From Verrucomicrobiia bacterium (GTDB lineage: Bacteria > Verrucomicrobiota > Verrucomicrobiia > Limisphaerales > JAYPXF01), in assembly GCA_016779125.1 (NCBI GenBank), contig JADHOF010000003.1, forward strand, positions 1 through 55,548: a stretch of 55,548 nt of DNA. The letters run 5' to 3'. The notes beneath the pieces are model-generated. The model saw only the letters and a list, made by a program, of their open reading frames with translations. It was not told the origin of the DNA and did not search any database. The translations under genes were made by a program, and so were the position numbers. Below, in pieces: positions 48,504 to 55,548 of this stretch. The first letter of the stretch is position 1; each line of letters opens with the position of its first letter.

Positions 48504-51500
48504 ATGAAGTTCCTGAGAATTCTCGCTGCTTTCGCCCTGCTCGGACGGGGATGCGCGACGGTTTTGGCGGCCGATGACATCCGCGTTCTGATCATCGACG
48601 GTCGAAACAATCACGATTGGCGTGAAACGACGGATTCCCTCCGGGCCACGCTTGGCGCCGTGGGTCGTTTTGATGTGACGGTTTCGAGGGCGCCACGCGA
48701 GCGGTTTCATTCCTTTCCGTCCACGCCGCCAAAAGGGGCGGACCCGGTTGCCTTCGCGGAGGCGAAGCAACGTCATGAGATCGGTAAACGCGCCGCGGAA
48801 GCCGCGTTGAAAACGGAGTGGGAATCGTGGAATCCGGATTTCGAGTCCCATGACGTGGTGTTGCTGAACTACAACGGACCCGACTGGCCGGAACGGGTGC
48901 GAAAGAATTTTGTGAAATTCGTGAGGGAAGGCGGAGGCTTGTTGTTGATCCACGCGGCCAACAACGGCTTTCGCAATTGGGCGGAGTTCAACGAGATGAT
49001 CGGCCTCGGCTACAACGGTGCGCGCGGGATACCGGAGGGGCGGAAGATCTTGTCATCCAAGATCGAGGACGCGACCGGCAGGCTGCTGACCTGCTGCGAA
49101 GGGCGGAATTCGGGGCATGGCAGCCAGCACGCCTTCCTCGTGAAAGTCCGCGCGCCGGATCACCCGATCATGAGCGGGCTTCCGCCGGTCTGGCTGCACG
49201 GCAGAGACGAGCTTTACCACAACCTGCGCGGCGTCGGACGCAACCTGACCATCCTGTCCTCCGCCTATTCGGATCCGCAACAGCGCGGCACGGGGCACCA
49301 TGAGCCGGTCACATGGGCGGTGGATTACGGCAAAGGGCGCGTCATCGTAACGACCATGGGACATCACTGGCCGCGCCAGGTGGAGCGGGACAGTCTTGAG
49401 TGCGTGGGCTTTCAGACCGTGGTCGCCCGCAGCCTGGAATTTGCCGCCAGAGGCAAGGTGACGATTGCGCCGCCATCTGAGTTTCCCGGTGTTGAAGAGC
49501 CTGTGTTGCGCAAGCCGCATCGGGTCGGGTGGTCCGCGGTCTCGACGGACGCAACCGCGAAGACGAATTGGCGGGCCCGGAAAGACACGAATCCGTTCGT
49601 TCTCCTCACGCCCGAGGAAGAGCGTGAATCCTTTCAGCTGCCCCCCGGCTTTTTCGCCGAACTGGTGGCGGCGGAGCCGATGGTCGAGGAGCCCGTCGTC
49701 GCGGTACACGACATCAGCGGTGCGATGTATGTCGCCGAGATGCGGAGTTACATGCAGGACGAAAACGGCGGGGGAACGAAGACGCTCAAGAACGGCCGCG
49801 TCAAGCGCCTGGTCGATCTCGACGGAGACGGGCGCATGGACCGGGCCACCGTTTTTATCGACGGCCTCAATCTTCCCCGCATGTTGCTGCCGCTCGACGA
49901 TCGCTTGGCGGTGGTGGAGACGGACAGCACCCACGTTTGGTCCTATCGGGACACCGACGGCGACGGTGTGGCCGACGAAAAGAAGCTGCTCTTCAAAGGC
50001 AGGGAGGGATCTCCCACCCGGAGTGTCGAGCATCAGGACTCCGGCCTGATCTGGAATTTGGACAACTGGATCTATATCTCCTACAACCACGAGCGCTATC
50101 GTTACACGGACGGTGTCTGGCGCGCCGAAAAGGTGCCCAGCCATTGGGCCCAATGGGGGCTCGCCCAGGACGACGTCGGCCGGCTCTTCTTCACGGACAA
50201 TAGCAAGCCCGTGCTCAATCTTCAGATTCCGCGGACCTATTGGGCCAATGTCATCAGGCGCACCGGCCGGATGCCCCGGTTCACTCCTTCCGTCGGACTC
50301 GCTTATGAGCATGACTTCCTTGAAGCGCAGAACCTCTGTCCGATCGACGACCGTGGAGGCAAGGCACCGGCCACCAAGAGGTTTACGTCGATCTGCGGGC
50401 AGACCGTTTTTCGGGGAAACGGGCTGCCTGATGATGTTTATGGAGACTACTTCTTCTGCGATCCGACCATTCACGTCGTGCGCCGCGCGGAGATTGGGAA
50501 CCGAAACGGTCAGATTCGCCTGAAGCGTGTCGGCACCAACGAGTTCATGATTTCTCCGGACATCAACTTTCGGCCCGTAAACACACACACCGGGCCCGAC
50601 GGCTGTCTCTATGTCACCGACATGTATCGCGGCATCATCCAGGACGCGCCGTGGTTGAATCCCGACGCGCGGCGTTTTGTTCGCGAGGCCGGTCTTTCCC
50701 GGAACGTTCTCAACGGGCGCATCTGGCGAATTCGACACCGTGATCACCAGCCTTCGGCCGGGCCCGGCTTTCAGGACGAGGAGACCGTCGCGCTCATCCG
50801 GCATTTCGAGAATCCGAACGGCTGGTGGAGGGACACCGCGCAGAGGCTGATTCTTTTGCGCCCCGACCGGGAGCTGGCCGCGCCGCTGCTCGAAGATTTC
50901 CTGCGTTACGATGTTCACGATCCGATCAAGCGCCTCCACTGCCTCTGGACCTTGGAGGGGATGAACAAGGCCGGGCGTGACCTGCTGCTTGCCACGTTGA
51001 AGGATCGCGATCCCCGACTCCGTGCGGCTGCCATCCGTATTGGCGAGGCCTTCATCCGTGAAAACGATGTCGACTTCATTGTCGCGCTGGCGCCTCTGGC
51101 CCAGGAGCGCGAATCCGAGCTTCTCAAGCAACTCATCCTCAGCCTCGGTTGGAGCGACGAGCAGGCCGCGCTCGATATCATCGCGGATGTGATCCAAAGC
51201 AAGCTCGGCGACGACGCCGTTTTCCTGGCAGCGATGGCTTCGCTCTGGGGTGGCAGGTCTCCGGTCATTGATGAAATTCGGGACGGCTCCCTATTCCGAT
51301 CCATTCGCGACGAGGAAGAACGCGCACCCCTGCTGAAACGCTGGATTGCGGGACTTGCCACGTGGGAGCGCAAGGACATCCAGCTGCCGAAAGACTACAC
51401 CTCGCGGCAGAGGTGGCTTGTTGGCCACGGCGAGACGATTTTCTTCGAGACCTGCAGCTCATGCCATGGTCCGAACGGGGACGGGCAGGAGGTTCCCGGC

Positions 51501-51812
51501 ACGGAGCGCCGCCTCGCGCCGCCGCTGCGCAACTCACCGCGGGTCCTCGGCGATCCCGCCAAGCTGGTTCGCATCCTCCTGCACGGCCTGACGGGACCCG
51601 TCGATGGCAGGACGTACGAAGCCGGTGCCATGCCCACCCTCGCCAGCCTCGGCTACGACGATCCCAACCGTGTCACCCAGATCCTCAACTTCATCCGTCA
51701 CGCATGGGATCACAAACTTCCCCCGATCGAGGTGGATGAAATCAAACGGGTGATCGAGGAAACCAAAGCGCGGCAGACACCCTGGACGCTGGAAGAGCTG
51801 GCGGGGAATTGA
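48504..51812 (+). CDS. Secreted ThuA-domain / PVC-type dehydrogenase beta-propeller / HEAT / cytochrome c fusion protein
   Basis: Signal peptide; ThuA (IIDGRNNHDW, HAANN, DELYH, GKGRV..TMGH); propeller (LVAAEP, DLDGDGRMD, DTDGDGVAD, FRPVN..GPDG.LYV.DMY, GRIWR); HEAT repeats; CSSCHG..APPL..MP. Confidence 0.85.
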   Translation: MKFLRILAAFALLGRGCATVLAADDIRVLIIDGRNNHDWRETTDSLRATLGAVGRFDVTVSRAPRERFHSFPSTPPKGADPVAFAEAKQRHEIGKRAAEAALKTEWESWNPDFESHDVVLLNYNGPDWPERVRKNFVKFVREGGGLLLIHAANNGFRNWAEFNEMIGLGYNGARGIPEGRKILSSKIEDATGRLLTCCEGRNSGHGSQHAFLVKVRAPDHPIMSGLPPVWLHGRDELYHNLRGVGRNLTILSSAYSDPQQRGTGHHEPVTWAVDYGKGRVIVTTMGHHWPRQVERDSLECVGFQTVVARSLEFAARGKVTIAPPSEFPGVEEPVLRKPHRVGWSAVSTDATAKTNWRARKDTNPFVLLTPEEERESFQLPPGFFAELVAAEPMVEEPVVAVHDISGAMYVAEMRSYMQDENGGGTKTLKNGRVKRLVDLDGDGRMDRATVFIDGLNLPRMLLPLDDRLAVVETDSTHVWSYRDTDGDGVADEKKLLFKGREGSPTRSVEHQDSGLIWNLDNWIYISYNHERYRYTDGVWRAEKVPSHWAQWGLAQDDVGRLFFTDNSKPVLNLQIPRTYWANVIRRTGRMPRFTPSVGLAYEHDFLEAQNLCPIDDRGGKAPATKRFTSICGQTVFRGNGLPDDVYGDYFFCDPTIHVVRRAEIGNRNGQIRLKRVGTNEFMISPDINFRPVNTHTGPDGCLYVTDMYRGIIQDAPWLNPDARRFVREAGLSRNVLNGRIWRIRHRDHQPSAGPGFQDEETVALIRHFENPNGWWRDTAQRLILLRPDRELAAPLLEDFLRYDVHDPIKRLHCLWTLEGMNKAGRDLLLATLKDRDPRLRAAAIRIGEAFIRENDVDFIVALAPLAQERESELLKQLILSLGWSDEQAALDIIADVIQSKLGDDAVFLAAMASLWGGRSPVIDEIRDGSLFRSIRDEEERAPLLKRWIAGLATWERKDIQLPKDYTSRQRWLVGHGETIFFETCSSCHGPNGDGQEVPGTERRLAPPLRNSPRVLGDPAKLVRILLHGLTGPVDGRTYEAGAMPTLASLGYDDPNRVTQILNFIRHAWDHKLPPIEVDEIKRVIEETKARQTPWTLEELAGN

Positions 51813-51865
51813 GGTCGGACGGAACTCGGCGGAAGATCCCGGACGGAACCGCGCGCTTCGTTGGA

Positions 51866-52843
51866 TCAATGATTCGCCCCGCCGGCGCGCGCCTTGGCCG
51901 TGATTTCGGAGAGGGAGACCCAATCGCCGCCGCGTCGCTTGCTCTCGTCGGCGGCTTCCATGAAGGCGAAGATTTCGAGGGTTTCGGCGGGATCGACGGG
52001 GGGCTTGCCGGTTTGGAAGAACCTGACGATCTCGGCCACGAGGGGCGCGTAGCCGTCGTAGCTGCCGACGTCCGCCGTGCCTTTTTCGCCGCTTGCGCCG
52101 CCGCCGTATCCTTTGCGCTCCTCGAACACGCCAAAGCGGTTGCCCGACCAGAAACCGGTCACCCGGATCATGCCGTCCGGCGTGGTTTCGCGTCGGGCCT
52201 TCAGGCAGCCGGTTCCCATCACCGTGAACAGGGATTCGCATCCGTGGACGCCGTACCAGAACAGATCGGGATGATGCTCCTCCAACGAGGCGGGGCTCCC
52301 CGTCTTGGCGAAGTGGACCCGTCCGATCGCGCCGTTTCGGACCGCCTGTGTGGTCTTGGCCCAGCGGAGCGAGGAGGAGCTGAAGACGGGAACGCCTTTT
52401 TCCTTCGCCATGGCGAAGATCTGCATCGCGTCCCGCAGGGAGCCCGCGATGGGTTTGTCGATGAACAGGGGTTTTCCTGCGGCGATCACCGGCGCGGCCT
52501 GGCTGAGGTGAGGGCGGCCGTCGACGCTCTCCAAGAGGACCGCGTCGACGTGGCGGCACATTTCCTCGATGGACCCGTAGATTTTCACCCCGTAGTCGGT
52601 CTTCAACGTTTCGGTGAACTTGTCGATTCGCTCGAAGCTGGTGGGAATGTCGCTGCTGCCTCCCTTGAAAGCCGCGACGACCCGCGCGCCGGGGACGTGT
52701 TGTTTTTGGGCGGGATCGTTGAGCACCTTTGTGAAGGCGACGACGTGGGAGGTGTCGAGGCCGATGATGCCGAGTTTAAGGTCGGCGGCGGTGGCCTGAA
52801 TGACGAACGAGAGGGCCAGTGATGCGAGGATGGATTTGTTCAT
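51866..52843 (-). CDS. Gfo/Idh/MocA-family oxidoreductase with Sec-type signal peptide
   Basis: MNKSILASLALSFVIQATA; GIIGLDTSH, VDGRPH, FIDKP, SSSSLR, WYGVH. Confidence 0.85.
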   Translation of the reverse strand: MNKSILASLALSFVIQATAADLKLGIIGLDTSHVVAFTKVLNDPAQKQHVPGARVVAAFKGGSSDIPTSFERIDKFTETLKTDYGVKIYGSIEEMCRHVDAVLLESVDGRPHLSQAAPVIAAGKPLFIDKPIAGSLRDAMQIFAMAKEKGVPVFSSSSLRWAKTTQAVRNGAIGRVHFAKTGSPASLEEHHPDLFWYGVHGCESLFTVMGTGCLKARRETTPDGMIRVTGFWSGNRFGVFEERKGYGGGASGEKGTADVGSYDGYAPLVAEIVRFFQTGKPPVDPAETLEIFAFMEAADESKRRGGDWVSLSEITAKARAGGANH

Positions 52844-52890
52844 TTGTGAAAACGGATTGGATCGGTTTATCAGCGCGGGCGCGAGGGGTG

Positions 52891-53796
52891 TCAAAGTTGT
52901 TCACGCGCCGAGGCTGCGAGCGGCACCCAGTCGCCGCCTTGGCGTTTGCTTTCTGCGGCGGCTTCCATGAAGGCGACCAGTTCGATCGTTTCACGGGGAT
53001 CGACCGGTGTCTCGCCTGTCTGGAAAAAGCGGACCACCTCCCGCAGCAGGCCGTGGTAACGCTCGTGGTTGCCAACCCGGGCCCGGCCCTTTTCCCCAAG
53101 TGCGAAGCCGCCGTTGGGGCCTTCACGAAACACACCGAAGCGGTTGCCGCCCCAGAAACCGGTGACCTGAATCTTGCCGTCGCTCGTCAGCTCCCGGCGC
53201 ACCTTGCGGCAGCCCGGGCCCATCACCGTGTAAAGCGCCTCGCAGCCGTGGATTCCGTACCAGAAAAGTTCGGGATGATGTGGCTCCGTCTTCGCGGGGC
53301 TGTAGGTTTCGCAGTAGTGGACCGGGCCGATCTTGCCGGCGCGCACGGCCTGCGTTGTTTCGGCGAAGCGGAGACAGGAGGAGCTGAACACGGGGGATTT
53401 CAAGTCGGACGAAAGCCGGAAGATCTCCCGCGTGTCGGCCAAGGAGGCGGCAATCGGCTTTTCGATATACATCGGTCTGCCGGCCTTCATCACGGGGATC
53501 GCCTGCGACAAATGCGGCCGGCCATCCACGCTCTCCAGCATCACGGCGTCCACGTGTCGGCACAGCTCCTCGATCGAGGCGTGCAGCCGGATGCCGTGGT
53601 CTTTTACGAGTGTTGTGGTGAATCCTCCGATTCGCGACGCGCTGGCCTCCACGTCGGGGCTGCCGCCCTGGAACGCCGCCACCACGCGCGCGCCGGGCAC
53701 GTGCTGAGGATGGCCGGGATTGTTCAGCAGCTCGGTGAAGGCCACGACATGGGACGTGTCGAGCCCGATCATGCCGATGCGGAGCGGGGATTTCAT
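52891..53796 (-). CDS. Gfo/Idh/MocA-family oxidoreductase, no signal peptide (close paralogue of 51866-52843)
   Basis: GMIGLDTSH, VDGRPH, YIEKP, SSSCLR, WYGIH. Confidence 0.85.
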   Translation of the reverse strand: MKSPLRIGMIGLDTSHVVAFTELLNNPGHPQHVPGARVVAAFQGGSPDVEASASRIGGFTTTLVKDHGIRLHASIEELCRHVDAVMLESVDGRPHLSQAIPVMKAGRPMYIEKPIAASLADTREIFRLSSDLKSPVFSSSCLRFAETTQAVRAGKIGPVHYCETYSPAKTEPHHPELFWYGIHGCEALYTVMGPGCRKVRRELTSDGKIQVTGFWGGNRFGVFREGPNGGFALGEKGRARVGNHERYHGLLREVVRFFQTGETPVDPRETIELVAFMEAAAESKRQGGDWVPLAASAREQL

Positions 53797-53864
53797 GGTG
53801 TGTGACCCATTGACCTTGGCCGGAGCGGATCCGTCAATGTTGATTGCGCGGTCTGTTTTGCCTT

Positions 53865-53893
53865 TTGACTTTGCTCCGGCGCACTCCTATCAA
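53865..53893 (+). promoter_or_regulatory. sigma70-like promoter
   Basis: TTGACT-17nt-TATCAA, ending 14 nt before ATG 53908. Confidence 0.45.
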
Positions 53894-53907
53894 GCCCGGC
53901 AACCCTT

Positions 53908-55197
53908 ATGAAAAAGCAGACATCCCGTCGTATCTTCATGCAGCAGTCCGGCGCGCTTGGCGCCATTCTCGCCACCTCCACCGCGCCGGCGATTTTGGCG
54001 CAGGACAGTCCGGGCGACCGGATCGTCGTCGGGGTGATCGGGATGGGTCGCGGCCGCGGGCATCTGGCGAGTTATCTGGATCTGAAGAACGTGGAGGTGA
54101 GCCATGTGTGCGATCTGGATCCGACCCGGCTTGGCGTCGGGGAGAAGCTGGTCAACGGCAAACAGGAACATCGCAAGGTGAAGGCCGTGCAGGAGTTTCA
54201 GCGGATTCTTGAGGACCGGGATGTGAATCTTATTTCAATCGCGCTGCCAAACTTCTGGCACACGCCGGCGGCCATTCTCGCCTGCCAGGCGGGCAAACAC
54301 GTCTACGTGGAAAAGCCCGGCAGCCATAATCCCTGGGAGGCGAAGCAACTGGTGGCCGCCGCGCGGCATCACAAACGCAAGATGCAGATGGGAAACCAAC
54401 GCCGCAGCATGCCGTATTATCGCGAAGGCATCGAGCGGCTGAAGGGCGGGGTGGTGGGTGACGTAAAGTTCTCCCGCTGCTGGTATCTCAACGCGCGGCC
54501 GTCGATCAACAAGGGTGTGTACGGCAAGCCGCCTGAATGGTTGAACTGGGAAAGCTGGCAGGGGGCGACGCCGGAGCGGCCGTTCAAGGACAATCTTGTC
54601 CACTACAACTGGCACTGGCACTGGCACTACGGCGGCGGTGAATTGGCGAACAACGGCATTCACGCGCTCGACGTGTGTCGGTGGGGCCTGGGGGTGAACT
54701 ATCCGGAGCGGGTCACCTGCAACGGCGGTCGCTACACCTACGACGATGATCAGGAGACGCCGGACACGATGTATGCGACCTACCATTGCGGTGATCGTGG
54801 CGCGAACTTCGAAAGCAGCAGCTGTCATCCGCGTCGCGAGGAGGAACATCCCTTCGTCAGTTTCTACGGGACCGAGGGCACGGTCGCCTTTGATGGCGGC
54901 GGCTACTCGATCCACGATCTGAAGGGCAAGGAACTGGAGCGGGTGAAGGGAAGCAGCGACCAGAAACCGCATTTTCAGAACATGATGGACGCCATCCGGA
55001 ACGACACGCCCTTGAACTCCGAGATCGGCGATGCGCAGATCAGCTCGATGTGGTGCCATCTGGGCAACATCGCCTACCGAACCCAAAGTTCGTTGGAGAT
55101 TGATCCCGCGAGCGGGGAGATTCGAAACAACGCGGCCGCGACGGCGCTTTGGAAGCGGGAATATCGCCCGGGTTGGGACAAGAAACTGGCGCTCTGA
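53908..55197 (+). CDS. Tat-exported Gfo/Idh/MocA-family oxidoreductase
   Basis: Twin-arginine SRRIFM; VIGMGRGRGH, LPNFWH, GKHVYVEKP, GNQRRS, NGIHALD. Confidence 0.9.
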   Translation: MKKQTSRRIFMQQSGALGAILATSTAPAILAQDSPGDRIVVGVIGMGRGRGHLASYLDLKNVEVSHVCDLDPTRLGVGEKLVNGKQEHRKVKAVQEFQRILEDRDVNLISIALPNFWHTPAAILACQAGKHVYVEKPGSHNPWEAKQLVAAARHHKRKMQMGNQRRSMPYYREGIERLKGGVVGDVKFSRCWYLNARPSINKGVYGKPPEWLNWESWQGATPERPFKDNLVHYNWHWHWHYGGGELANNGIHALDVCRWGLGVNYPERVTCNGGRYTYDDDQETPDTMYATYHCGDRGANFESSSCHPRREEEHPFVSFYGTEGTVAFDGGGYSIHDLKGKELERVKGSSDQKPHFQNMMDAIRNDTPLNSEIGDAQISSMWCHLGNIAYRTQSSLEIDPASGEIRNNAAATALWKREYRPGWDKKLAL

Positions 55198-55303
55198 TTC
55201 TGCGGTGGGAAAGCAAGTCGGGCTTGCCGGGGGCGGGGCTTTCCCTATTCTCCGTCGAGCCCGCCGCAAATGCCTGTGCCGGGCGGCTTGCGTCCCTCAC
55301 ACG

Positions 55304-55548
55304 ATGTCCGACAAGAATCAGCCCGTGGTCCTGGTAGCCGATGAGATCGGCCACGTGATCGCGGCGTTGAAGGCCCCGGGCGAGATGACGGCGCGATTTT
55401 GCCGTCTGGAGTTTTTCGATTCCCTGCGCCTTGCCGCCCGTTCGCGGGAAGGAGTCGCGCCGGTGGTGGCGATCGTCGCCCAGCGCAGGTTGCCGAACGG
55501 GACCGGCCTGGAGGCGGCGGGCGATCTGTGGCGCGACGACAGTCGTCT
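55304..55548 (+). CDS. Receiver (REC)-like domain protein, 3'-truncated by window edge
   Basis: Absent from the ORF track because there is no stop in the window. Translates MSDKNQPVVLVADE...VVAIVAQRRLPNGTGLEAAGDLWRDDSR, matching the REC beta1 and LP.G.GLE patterns. Confidence 0.55.
   Translation, partial: MSDKNQPVVLVADEIGHVIAALKAPGEMTARFCRLEFFDSLRLAARSREGVAPVVAIVAQRRLPNGTGLEAAGDLWRDDSR

Overview
High-GC bacterial chromosomal window, almost entirely protein-coding. The gene families point to Verrucomicrobiota (PVC superphylum), an inference from the PVC-type CxxCH haem proteins, the ThuA/propeller fusion, the expanded Gfo/Idh/MocA set and a C-terminal 'TDNL..W...RFYRV' domain. Core genes are pyrD, dnaA (AT-rich DnaA-box-bearing upstream region, no dnaN behind it), cca, an MntR-like regulator, ald, prmA, RNase H, yajC-secDF-terC-recJ and mfd. 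Accessory modules include a GntP permease, an ExbB-ExbD-TonB-like operon, a tripartite RND pump and three Gfo/Idh/MocA oxidoreductases. I found no rRNA, tRNA, CRISPR array, transposase or integrase. The best candidates for under-described systems are: (1) a TMTC-like GT-C/TPR glycosyltransferase directly behind a 1262-aa Calx-beta/Ig repeat surface protein; (2) a DUF2946-like CxxC/polyproline leader upstream of a His/Met-rich outer-membrane barrel, possibly a metal-sensing ribosome-stalling switch; (3) a TerC gene inside the yajC-secDF-recJ cluster; (4) three translationally coupled YfhO-like GT-C paralogues. All calls come from motifs read by eye, with no database searches. Several start codons were moved downstream of the ORF-track starts.
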